DNA of 63,978 nt, filler included, from Reticulomyxa filosa (lineage: Eukaryota; Protista; Foraminifera), in assembly GCA_000512085.1 (NCBI GenBank). It is 25 parts of 25 records of this genome, joined end to end, with 100 filler letters (N's around TTAATTAATTAA, not from the genome) between each part and the next. Parts side by side here need not be neighbours in the genome. Positions count along the whole stretch, not along the records: positions 37,721 to 44,576 come from ASPP01027640.1; positions 44,677 to 47,304 come from ASPP01004129.1; positions 47,405 to 48,985 come from ASPP01006542.1; positions 49,086 to 50,869 come from ASPP01027961.1; positions 50,970 to 54,148 come from ASPP01002541.1; 20 more parts are not named here. One strand, written 5' to 3'. The notes under the pieces were generated by a model. It did no database searches. It was not told the DNA's origin and saw nothing but the letters and a program-made list of their open reading frames with translations. The translations under genes and the position numbers were made by a program. Of the stretch, positions 39,160 through 51,020 are shown in pieces (positions within the stretch are counted from its first letter, which is position 1; every line of letters begins with the position of its first letter).

Positions 39160-41730
39160 ATAGGTTGATATATAATTACGAAATAATCAGCTCCACCTTC
39201 AAATTGTTCGATTACTTTCAATCCATCATGTGCCACATTCATGGCCTTCAATTTTTTTTTAAAGATATGCCATTCAAAGCGCAATATATAATCCATGATC
39301 GCTGCACAGCCACTAAAATATTGATTTGTTCGTCATTGAAAAATATTTTTCATCAGAGAAATGCAGGCGTGCGTTCTTTGCATTGCGGTTCTAGGATTGA
39401 CTATTGAATTTCCATCAGCAACAATTCGACTTGAAGTTGCCACCCTTTATCTTAACGTGCTGCAACCATCGATAATGCTGTTACTGTTGTCGCTGCTGTC
39501 ACTGTTGCTATTGCTGCTGGAGATTCGCTGCAGCATCAATGGCAATAGAAACATCAACGACTTGTCCATTTGAATGTGGTACACTTCCATTTCAATTTGT
39601 GCACTTTTGAATATCTATTCTCAAATTTCAAGGAACGCGTACACACACATGTAAGTATATATACGTATAAGGATGTTATGCAATCGAATATATATGTACA
39701 TATATAAAATAATTAAACTTTTTCATACTATTTCTGGAGTGGCGGCCTTGCCAATAACATGTCCCCGCTTCTCGAATCAAAGCGATTCTGTTTTTGATAA
39801 ACAGCGACTATATCTTCGAGGGAAGGAAAAAAAAGGGGAAATAACACGATCGACTTCTTGCACTGTTTTCAATGTATCCACCCAGCAAGGCCCAGCGTCC
39901 CCCCCAATGCATTGAGGCAATTCATTGCTTGCTTTGCCAAATGATTGAGCGATTTTTGAATGGCCAATCCAATTATCGAATACCACGACGTTGTTGCTTT
40001 TTATAATAAACGACGCAGCAACCTTATTTCTTTCGCGCACACACCGAACCAAAGTCTCTGTAAATACAGCAACGGGTACGCAAACATTGGCGCAAATAAC
40101 ACAACTCCAACATCTTGCAATAACCGATCAATGACATGAACTGCGTTTTGTTATATCATTACCACTGCACTAATATTATCACACTCGGCAGCAGCTTCCA
40201 TTGCGACGCAAAATATGGGAACCGGCATATATGTTCGAGAATGCGCAAAATCGCCACTCGCGCGCGAAAAGTCATCCAAACCAAACGCAGCAAATCCGAA
40301 ACTTTTTTTTTTTTTTTGAAAACAAATCCAACGCGGATACCTCCGGACTTCTTGGAATCTTTTTTATTCTCTTCATCCTCTTCCTGGTTTCAGATGGTCT
40401 TTGCTTGCTTTTCCCACAACTTCTTTGCCAAATTGAGAGACTCGCACACATAGAGCATTCTTCCGACATCGTGGTTTGCTCGACCATCATGTGGGTACTA
40501 TTTCTTTAACACATTTACACGCAATCTTTTTCATTGTCTCCCACACTTCTTCAGTTAATCCAATCGCTGCTGCTGTTGCGATACCGTTGCCACTTTGAGC
40601 AATATCAGCACGTCTTCGTTTTTTTTTCTTCTGGCGGACTTGATTCTGTATCGGGCGGCAATTGCGGCACTCAAGGTCCAGATTGTCGGAATTGCTTTGG
40701 TAGATCTTGTCCAACTGTTCCGACATCATAACGGATGTCTTCCAAATACGAAATCCATCCGCTTTCATCACCATTGTGATGATGGAGGGGCGCATTGCCA
40801 TGGATGATAGAGTTTCCAATAGCACAATGTATGACATTTAGTACTCCACTCATCCTCTTTCTTGGATCGCAAATGCGCTCTTTTCTTCATTTTTCGGTCT
40901 TGGAAGTATCATTGAAGCCAAGGCAAAAAGAACGAAGAATAAAATAGCAGCAGTAACGTTTTTCGTGATTTCCTTTGTGCCATCATTCAACGGGATTTTG
41001 ATTGAGCCAAATATCCTGCGCTCGAATATCCATTGTTCGTCTGCGCCGGCAGATCGCAGTCCACGCTATCTTTCGTGATGTGTCGCACTATATAGAGTTA
41101 AAGTGTCGGACTTAGTTTTATCCAAACTGGTACTGCTGCTATTGCTGTTGTTTTTTTGTTGTTACCTGCAAATAGAGAATCATCTGCAGGTACTTGTTTA
41201 ATCTTCGGGTTTCCACTGCAACTGCACAAACACTTGCTATTTGTCCGGGTATATCACTTTGCAAACAATTGATATACGTTTTCCTTGCGCTTTTGCGTAT
41301 TCCCAATTTTTCCATCTTTTTTCTGGTTCTTTTTTCCATCGATATTGTTTTTGTACAGCGCGTTTCCTTGATTTTCTTCATATGTCTTGGCTCCATTTAT
41401 TCTATCTTTTACTATAATATTCAAAACTTTTATTTTATTTTTCTTCTTTTTTTTTCAAATTGTCTTGTACGATATGGTTATTTGATCAATCTTTGCAGTC
41501 TTTGCCTTTGTAATCAGTATTAATGTTATTGCGTCGATACTTTCGATTTTGCGCCAAGTTCTTTTATAAATTAACAACTAATTTTTTCGATCTTGACCTT
41601 TCACTTATCCGTCTTGCCTCGTGTGCCATGTGATATTTATTCTATTGTCGTCGACCAAGTTTCTTTACGGAGTCACTAGTCTTGTAAATATCATCCAACG
41701 AACATTTTTCTTGACAGCCACAATCATTCA
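39160..41730 (-). pseudogene. Decayed coding-like region downstream of repeat copy C
   Basis: Overlapping short ORFs with frame switches and intron-like TA tracts. 40562-40625 (minus strand) resembles 3421-3483 inside the inverted-repeat element. Confidence 0.45.
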
Positions 41731-42347
41731 TAAAATAAACAAATATTTAATAATAGTATAAAATATAGTAAAAAAATTTAAACTTTTTTTTTTAATGCGG
41801 TGGAAGCTTCAACACTAATTTTTCTTTGAATGTGATTGACTTTTTTTTTCTTATGCGGGCTGTGGCTGTGATTCAAACACAAACAATTGGTTATGTCAAA
41901 AAAAACAATGTATAACAAACCTTTTTGACTCCTTGCGGAGACGGGGGGCCTTACCCATTTATTCTTTTTTTTTCTTTTGTTGAAGGACGCATAGCATCCA
42001 AAGATAAACACCATTTTTTTTTATTTTTCAAAGTTGACACGAACTACAAAAAAAAAAAGAAACCCTTTTCTTCTTTATTAAGACTTAATGTGCTATCAAA
42101 AAAGATATCGAAATTGCAATTTTTTGAACATTTTGACGAAAAAACTGGAAAAAAGCAAATAATTGTAAATAAATTGTTAAAATTTTTGGATAGCATTTCA
42201 TTTGTGATTGTACAATTGTGATTCCCAAAACAGCTTAACAATAGATAATTGAAAATTACAATTGTTTTTGGGATGAATCATAATCAAATATTTTCACTTT
42301 TTCTTGAGTAATGGTTTTTTTCTGGAAGAAAAAAAGTTCTCTTGGGC
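41725..42347 (-). repeat. Structured repeat copy C
   Basis: On the + strand: GACTCCTTGCGGAGAC (41927-41942), GGACGC-ATA-GCATCC (41985-41999), AAAGATAAACACCATTTT and TTCTTGAGTAATG...TCTGGAAGA...GTTCTC, all colinear with copy B. Confidence 0.9.
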
Positions 42348-43142
42348 ATACAAAAGTGGTGTGGCTTTCCTCTCTTCAAACAACATAACAACGTGGACCT
42401 CGCTCTCGAGAGTTCTTTCGCCAATGTGTTTCTCTGTAAAAGTGCAACAGTTGCCGAGAAAAAAGAATCGAGCCAGTGTAAACTTAAGACGCCCGAAATA
42501 ACAACACCATTCGAAAAAAGGTGCTGTTATCGTGGCCAAATAAACACACTTGTTTACTGTGGTTTCTTCTGGCATTGGCGACATTCAGGTTGACGTTGTC
42601 GTGAACAAGCAACGTAAAGGCGAATAATCTGAAGATCTTACAAAGACGGTAGGTAGAGAAGAAATAAAAGTAAAACAATTTGAAATTGAAATACAGAAGA
42701 TGCAACAACATTAAATATGATCAATTTTCTGTATGAAAAACAAAAATTTTTTTGGAAAATTTGTTTTTTTTATTGAAATGTTCAATCCAATACACTTGAA
42801 ACCACATTCACACATGTGTGTTTGATGTTTCCCTGCAATATGCTTTTCATTTGTTTTTGTGTTTTTTTCCTCCCTCTGTAAGAGAGCGGAGCAAGACGGT
42901 TGATGAAATTCAGGCTAAAAAAAGTGGTAAAGAGTTTAATTTTTGTCGTTGTGAGAAAAGGGGGCAAAAAAAAAAGCCAAACAAAAACAAAAGCGATCAA
43001 AAATATGGATGCACATTTTCACTCTTCCCACAAGATTATACAAAAAAAAAAAACACTTTTCTTTGAACCATGAATCAATAAGAAACATGAGCGACAACAA
43101 AATGGAGAAAGCAAAAAAAAAAAAAAAGTAATAATATTTTGT

Positions 43143-44576
43143 TCACATCACCAAACAAGATTCAGGCTTATCAACCCGTTTCCACTGTGTTCCATTGTCC
43201 CACTTTAAAATATTTTTGTCAAGTAGCTTGGCAGTGTAAGCAGAGTTAGCATAAGTAATGGCAATTTTATAAAAGCCACAAACAATGGCAGTGTAAGTGC
43301 CCAGCTCTTTGGGTTCAATGTAAGTGACAGTGCCATCGGTTTCAATGGCAATGACATGTCCTTGCGAGTCCCTCCACCTGCCGCGGAAAGGAACAAAGTC
43401 TTTGCGTACCCATTTTTTGCCGTTGCTCCAAACGATCATATTTGTGGAAGGGTCGTAAATGGCAGTATGAGAAGAAGGATCAAACATGATTTTTTTGGCA
43501 CTGTTGGCTTCGGACACATCCATTTCAATGACATCAAACTCATTGCGATTTTTCTCCGTTTCTTTCAGCAACGCCTCGAATTGATTGGACCGTCGCTTTT
43601 TCAGCTTCCCAAGTTTGTCCGACTTTGCGAAAGGGATTTTGGTGTTGCCAATGGCATCCATTTGTTTGCGCAGTTCCTGTTCGTTCCAAATCTCTTCGTC
43701 CTCACTCAACACCGTCGGCTGCGGTGTCGGCGTGGACAGCACAGGAGGACGTAGTTCACTTTCGTCATCGCTCAAATGGACACTGTGTCCCTTGCTTTCC
43801 ACACTGGTCTCGCTCAAGGGCAGTTGCAATGAGCCAGGCTGAGTGCGCTCTCCATCCGCATCTTCATTGGCATTCACATTAGGACTGTAATTGGAGCTGT
43901 TTTTTTCATCATTGATCGCGGCAATAGCATTGATATTGCTAACATTATTGGCAGTGGCTGTGAGAGCACTGGAATTCATTAGAACATTAAGTGAAGGAGA
44001 CGTGGCGATCCAATTGGTCAAAGTTTGCTGCTTCTTCTTTGAAATCTGCTCTTTCTTTAGCATTTCTTGATATGATTTGCTGCCGCGCATGCCCTCGATC
44101 AAATTGCTGAATGATCGACTTGGCTTCAATTTCCTTTTCTTTTGCGCTTTTACAATCTTCTCCGTTTGACTCGTTCCGCCGACATTGCCGATCATGTCGT
44201 CCACATGCGCGTCTGCATGTGCATCTCTGTTCATCTCCGCGTCTACATCTTCGTTTGGACTACTCTGCATCTTTTTCACAGGAGACAGACTCTCGAGCAT
44301 ATTCAGCAACAGTAAGTCCTCTTGTCCGTGGCCCGGCTTCTCTTCCGTGCTCGTGTCTTCGCTCGATTCAAAGTCGTTGTCTCCGTTGTCTTTGTGGTCC
44401 TTGTCGCTCATACCTACAAGCGCTATGCCGTTGCCCACTTTACGCAGGTCTGTGTCAAACGCTTCTGTTTGACTTCGCAACATCTTGTCGCCGTCATTGT
44501 CACTGCGTTTGCTTTGGCGTTTTTTGTTTTTGTGTTTGTTTGAATTATTGTTGTTGTTACTATTGTTATTATTATT
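43143..44576 (-). CDS. Hypothetical protein with two WxNGxxWxR repeats and a C-terminal CaaX box, 5' partial
   Basis: ORF of more than 446 aa with a low-complexity N-part, IVWSNGKKWVR and LKWDNGTQWKR, ending ESCLVM*. Confidence 0.7.
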   Translation of the reverse strand, partial: NNNNNSNNNNNSNKHKNKKRQSKRSDNDGDKMLRSQTEAFDTDLRKVGNGIALVGMSDKDHKDNGDNDFESSEDTSTEEKPGHGQEDLLLLNMLESLSPVKKMQSSPNEDVDAEMNRDAHADAHVDDMIGNVGGTSQTEKIVKAQKKRKLKPSRSFSNLIEGMRGSKSYQEMLKKEQISKKKQQTLTNWIATSPSLNVLMNSSALTATANNVSNINAIAAINDEKNSSNYSPNVNANEDADGERTQPGSLQLPLSETSVESKGHSVHLSDDESELRPPVLSTPTPQPTVLSEDEEIWNEQELRKQMDAIGNTKIPFAKSDKLGKLKKRRSNQFEALLKETEKNRNEFDVIEMDVSEANSAKKIMFDPSSHTAIYDPSTNMIVWSNGKKWVRKDFVPFRGRWRDSQGHVIAIETDGTVTYIEPKELGTYTAIVCGFYKIAITYANSAYTAKLLDKNILKWDNGTQWKRVDKPESCLVM

Positions 44577-44676
44577 NNNNNNNNNNNNNNNNNNNNNNNN
44601 NNNNNNNNNNNNNNNNNNNNTTAATTAATTAANNNNNNNNNNNNNNNNNNNNNNNNNNNNNNNNNNNNNNNNNNNN

Positions 44677-45922
44677 CAAATAATCCATTTCCATTTCAAA
44701 AATAGTAAACATCATTTCTCCATTTGGCATATTTTCTATTCCATTCGATTTCATCCAATTCCATTTCATATAACTTTTCAACAATGTCTCATACAATTTT
44801 GCAAGTGTCATATCATCCCATTGATCATTATTCGATGAAGATGATTTATCTTGTCTTGCCAAATAACAAAATAATCTCAAATACAAAGGTGTATGACTCA
44901 ATAATTTCAAACTCGGATTATTATTCAATTTTTTGATCAATGAATCGGATTGAGAATTGTCCTTGTCGTCAATGTCCATATTTCGGAAATAAGCGCGAAT
45001 GTAGTTTCGAATGTCTTGTGTTTTGAATCCAATGACATTCAACATTCGTGGATGATATAGATATTGACACATTGCATTGGGTCGACTTGTTATTATCACG
45101 CAATAGTTTTCATTGGAAGTGCAATGTTGCAACCATTGCTTTAAGCAGCTGCTCTTCTCGATTTCATTTGCAATTTCATCAAATCCATCTAATAATAATA
45201 ACAATCCATTTATCGAATGTATAACGCAATTGGTATCATTTGCATTCCATCGTGGGATATGCAATTCATTCATAATCATTGACCATAAGTATTCAATATC
45301 TTCATTGCCATCATTCATTTTTTCATCATCATTGCCATAATGACGATCAAAAATATTGGCAATCTTTCTCAAAGGAATATGCAATAGGTATTGAAATTGA
45401 TCATTCCACATTTGATCATTTGCCCATAAATATGCAATTCTTTGAGATAATACACTTTTTCCACTCCCTGCTTCGCCACAAATGCTAATATGACGCACCA
45501 CTAATCCATTTTCTTTATCTTTCCAAATATCTTGCACTTCCAATGTCTCCATTTTATTCCCATAAATCAACGAATAATCCAATGTGTTTGTCCATGTTTC
45601 ACTCTCTTTGTATTTTGCTTCTTCTTCTTCTTCACTTTTTCCAGTTCTTTCAATGCTTGTCATTTTCATTTTTTTGCTGCTGAAATCGCTGCTGGGTCAA
45701 TAGGGCCAATCGAATGTAACAATTATCAATCGATTGTCCAGGATCATCAAACAATGGAGCCAGCTTGTCTTTTAATCGGTAATGTCTTTTCAGCTTCTCT
45801 TTTGCATCTATTTCTTCGGACCTGTTCCGCGTTTTTCTTTTGCCATCTTTTTCTTCTTCTTCTTCTTCTTTTATTCTTGCCGCTTCAGCAAGATCCTCTT
45901 CCAGACCTATTTGCCCACCCAT
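44677..45922 (-). CDS. NACHT (STAND) NTPase protein, N-terminal part; 1-nt frame break at ~45670
   Basis: SIDNCYIRLALL, Walker A GEAGSGKS, Walker B LLLLDGFDE, IITSRP and TPLYLRLFCY. Confidence 0.88.
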
Positions 45923-46381
45923 GATTGCACTTTTTTCCCTTGAATTTTTTGGGGGGTGTTTTATTTTTTGGAGCCTCTTGAACTTTTTTTTTTTGGAAAC
46001 AAAAAAAGTTTTTCACAGGATTTTTATATAGATTTCAATATTTCTGAGATTATTTGCAAAAGATCTTTTTTCAATCTGAAAGTCAACCTATTTGATTCGT
46101 ACTGAAGTCAATTTTACAGATCTTTCAAACGATAGGCTGTTGATTTGGATGCTACTGTGCAATTGTTTTTTTCATCCAGGATTTACACACGACATGGACA
46201 CAAACGTTTCCAGGTTTTTTTGCAAGGGTAAAATAGTCCGATTTGCCGTGCCTTTGAGAAAAAAAGAAGTAAGTTAATTCAATAAGATTTTGATGATATT
46301 ATAGAAATATTGATCTTGTCTATATATCTTACATAATTTTTGTTATTTGGATTGACGTTAAAAAAAAGATAAGCTAAAAAA

Positions 46382-47218
46382 ATGACAAAGACTGTACTTG
46401 ACATTCAATATGTAAGTTATGAAAATATGTACAAAAATTAAGCCAATGAGTTAAAAATTTGAATAAGTACATTAAAAATTAAATAAAATGTTTCGACAAG
46501 CACAGCGTTTTTGTTTTAAATACGCCCTTTTTTTTTTTTGCAATGTTCAAATGAAGCAGACATAAGAAGAACACGAATTGGTCCAAAAACTGCGGAGACC
46601 AAGCTTTATCTCCGCAATTCGGGCACAGATGCCGAGGAGATGTATCAGTATTTCGAGATGTATAAATTTCGTTTGCAGTCGTTGCGGCCTCTTTTATTGC
46701 AAGCCGCACGATCCCGATGGAGCGACGTTCACATTGGACAACATGTATTGGATACAAACCTGCCGACGTATCTCGCGATATTGTCATCATTGGAATTCTC
46801 TACAAAGAGTTAGACGCAAAGCCTTCGCCTCTCAAAGCATTTTCCGAAGTTTGGCACTTTTTTTTTTTCAAAAAAAAACAAAGGGGAAAAAGTAAGGAAA
46901 GTTTAGAGTATGTTAAAAATAAACAAACAAAAAAGTCACAAATAGGATTTGGAGTAATTCATGACCGAATTATCCAAGGCAAATTGGAAGAAGAGATAGG
47001 AGATGCGGAAGTGTGTTACGTAAGTCCAACCGACTATTTAATAGTCGAAGATGAATATGGACGCATGCGAATTGGAGGGACCGGCGTGCAAGTTCCGAAA
47101 ATGTGCACCGGAATTGTGATCGCATTAAAAGGATTTTTAGAGGCACAAAGTAGCATCTTTCAAGTCAATGAATATCTGTTGCTTGGTTTGCCACCACTTC
47201 AACACTCCATTTCAAATG
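46382..47218 (+). CDS. POLD2: DNA polymerase delta small subunit, N-terminal OB part (3' truncated)
   Basis: QYFEMYKFRLQSLRP, VIIGILYKELDAKPSPL and YVSPTDYLIVEDEYGRMRI...CTGIVIALKG. 1-nt frame break near 46758. The start is approximate. Confidence 0.88.
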
Positions 47219-47264
47219 GTTCACTCTTTTTTTTTTTTAATAATAAAAAAAAAAAAAAGGAGTT

Positions 47265-47304
<40 letters not shown>

Positions 47305-47457
47305 NNNNNNNNNNNNNNNNNNNNNNNNNNNNNNNNNNNNNNNNNNNNTTAATTAATTAANNNNNNNNNNNNNNNNNNNNNNNNNNNNNNNNNNNNNNNN
47401 NNNNTATACATTTATACGTGTGTATATACGTATACATATTTCTTATCGATGAAATAG

Positions 47458-47851
47458 CTACGATAAAAAGAGTGATGAAATCAAATGCTACGTGGAAGTG
47501 CGATTTGGTCCACAACAATGGGAGTTACCAATGCAAGCAATCCTCCATCCTGTCGCCTCCGAAAGGCGCAAGTATTTCACACGCTATTTATTGAATGGCG
47601 ACATATTCGAGGACTTGAAATTCCTTTGTCCGTATTTGAAATTTCGGCCTCAGGCGGTAACTGATATCGGATATGGCAACTCTGCAATACTTAATTTGAT
47701 CATTGCGTTGGAAAAAGCAAATGTTGAATCTAAAGAGCAGCTGCAGTTGATTTGGGTTAATGATCCTTGTTTTTTGCGACCTGAAATAGAGATGTGCATT
47801 CACCAAATTAAAAGGCATCTCGTTGATCAAATTTTCCCTCCCAAAAAATAA
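47458..47851 (+). CDS. DHX37: DEAH-box helicase DHX37/Dhr1, C-terminal exon
   Basis: CYVEVRFGPQQWELP...KYFTRYLLNGDIF...LIWVNDPCFLRPEI matches the DHX37 C-terminal domain (WxLP, FARFLLEGxVF, WxxxPxYL). Confidence 0.75.
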
Positions 47852-50800
47852 ACATAAAAAAAAAACAGTAAATTAAATTTCCTTCTTAGCTTGTATTACA
47901 ATTTAGGTCTGTGTTATTCCATTTTTGAATATCTTCTTATTTCTCGAACATCCTCGGCAATGTTTTTATTATTGTTTTTTGAGTTAAAGATAATTGAAGA
48001 TGTAAAACATTTCGAATCTACCAATATACCACACTTCCTTTGGCTCTAGCTAGTGTGTCGATTTTTATTTTGTTATGACTGACTACTGATCAAACAAAAG
48101 AATGTTTTGCAAAAAAACAAACTACACCGAGTTTGTGAAAAGAAAAACAATTTGTATTATAAGCCACAAGTAGACAAATACATCACACGCTTGTGAAATA
48201 TCGTATTATAAAATAAACAAATATCTTTAAAGTCTTTTGTTATAATATTAATTATGCTTCTTGTATGATAGTATGTGGAAGAAATAACGATTTACTTGAT
48301 TCTCAGTTGCTAAAAAAAATGTCTTTTTTTTGCAAGATACAATTAAAAAATTAGTGGAGAATTGTTAAAAATTTCACTGTCATTAACCAAACAAAAAATC
48401 CTATAAAACACCTTTTTTTGACATAAAGATTGTGCTGCATATCAATGTGCATATCAATAATAATAAAAAAACAAAATTAACATCAATTACATTTGTCATT
48501 GCAAAAAAATTATTGATAAAAATACCTTTATAAAACAATAAAAAAGTTTTAATTTTTTTCATCTTTTATGTAAAAAATATTTATGCACAAATCTCAAAAT
48601 AAAGTAAAAGAATTTTTTAAATTTAATCTTATAATGTCTTTTTACCAATAAACAAATAAATGCATTAACTTTGATTTTTGACAAAGTTAGACAACGATCA
48701 GTGTTGGTCCAAACAACAATTTCTCTTATAACGAAGCCTTATGGAAAATTGAGTTCTACTAAGTGACTCTTGAGAATCACAAGAACTAACAAATCATTTC
48801 GAACAGACTATCTATTACTCTTTTCACTGCGTAAAAAAAAATATTGGTTGGTACTTTGTCTTTTCATATTAGAACGAGAATGCTTGTCACATGTCAAAAT
48901 ATACCAAAAATGACTACTATTTTCAAAGGTTAAAAAAGAAGAAAAAATTGAAGCGTCCAAGCAAATTCAGGACATTAGAGTAAACNNNNNNNNNNNNNNN
49001 NNNNNNNNNNNNNNNNNNNNNNNNNNNNNTTAATTAATTAANNNNNNNNNNNNNNNNNNNNNNNNNNNNNNNNNNNNNNNNNNNNTCATGCACCAAACTA
49101 GTTGAAATGAGCTAAGAACTCAATTAGTTAAATGACTATACAAACAAGTTAAGACGAACTAATATCTAATAGTAGTTTATTGTGTTTATTTTCTTTATGA
49201 CAATAGTTTTCTGTTTTTGTCAACAAATTGTTCTTTTACTTTTGTAGTGAAAGCAAATTTAAAAATTACAGACACAACAAATTTCGAGAACCGTTTCAAT
49301 CTTATACTCTTCTTGAAACAAATTTTCTAATAAAAAAAAGTTTTATTTGCGCTAAGTTGTAACAATGAATTTTTTCAACTCCTTCAAACAGAACAATCTT
49401 CTCAAAAGCTTTTTTTTTAAAAATTGTCAAAGTTGGTTTGTCCAGCAAAAGCATATCGCAAATACTGATTTTGAAGAAAAGCAATTTAACCCAATATTCT
49501 AAATTTGCACAAACACATTCCAAAAAAAAAAGTGCACGAGTATAATATTAAAAGCATTGTGCAAGACAAAACTGTACGTATACTGAACATTGAAAGAAAT
49601 CGAAATGAAGGTTCATCCGGCAACTTGTCCACCAAACGCAAACAAAAGGGGAACTAGTCAGGTCCAACCATCCAATAACCAAATGCCAATGATTTATTTA
49701 TGTGACTGCCACTTGTTTTTTTCCCAACGTCACAATGCCATTCTTCTATTGTATATCCCAACTCTTTTGCTACTTTTATACTGTTCGGTAATGCATATAC
49801 ATCAATATACCGTAAATCATTGCCTCTTTTATCTTCTAAAAAAAAAACATTTTCATTTTATTTAGTTGTTATATGTGTATATATTTACACGCTTAACATC
49901 TTTAATTCCATAATTGTAAGTCAACTCCAAACAAAAAGAGTCAAGTTCGAGGCCATATCCGATCATTGTCTTACTCCATGATCTTTGGAGGGACCGTTAC
50001 TTTGTGCTGCACAACTTTCATTGTTCTCTTCGTGACGTAACATCTTCATCCCAAGCACCTTCTCGAAGAATTCTACTGATACTCGTAAGTTGCCTGTTTT
50101 CATCACAATTGCCTACTTCTTTCAGTATTGAGTCTATCTGCTTCAAATGTGATACCAACAGAAAAGTTGAAGTAAAAATATTGTCCTTTTCTTCTGGTGC
50201 TTGTTTTTCTGATCCTAAACTTGACGAAGTGAAGGCTTTAACGTGCTTCAATACTATAAAAAAAACTTGTTTACTACTTAAACCCCAATTTTCTTTCTGA
50301 AACGCAAACAGATGTCATTGAACTCAAGCTATTTCGCTTTTTATATACGTATTGAATGAATACTTTACTAGAATTTTCTAAAGTCACGCATTGGATAAAA
50401 AAGAACAAGTATTTGTCCATGTTAAAAAAAATATCCTTCAGCTTTGATTTTTCAATTTAAAAAGATTTCAAAAGTAACTTAAGATTAACCTAGTACTTCA
50501 GTTTACTGCCCTCCAAAAAAAAGGACGTTTTTTTAGTAGATAAAAATCCTTTTGCATTGTTTTACCATTAATTAATTATTTGACTCTGAGACAGAAAAAT
50601 TGCAAGATGACAGAAGTATTTAAGTATAGATCGGTTACAAAAAAAATCCACTTGCTTCAGGCAAAATGGAAATTGAAGTGTTTTTTCCAAGAGTTTTGCG
50701 AGTCACCGAGTAAAGGGCTAAGGTCACTTGAAAAACTTATGTTTGACGCGGATACCTTTACTGATAATAGAGCTCGACATTCTTTAGCTGAAAAACTTCA

Positions 50801-51020
50801 TGGGTACTGCTTAATTTGTTTATTTATCATAAATTTTAAAAATCATATTGTAATGAGTATTTTTTTTTTNNNNNNNNNNNNNNNNNNNNNNNNNNNNNNN
50901 NNNNNNNNNNNNNTTAATTAATTAANNNNNNNNNNNNNNNNNNNNNNNNNNNNNNNNNNNNNNNNNNNNAATTTACAAAGAGCATTTTATTACTTAATAT
51001 TTCCTTCCTTTCATCATGTC

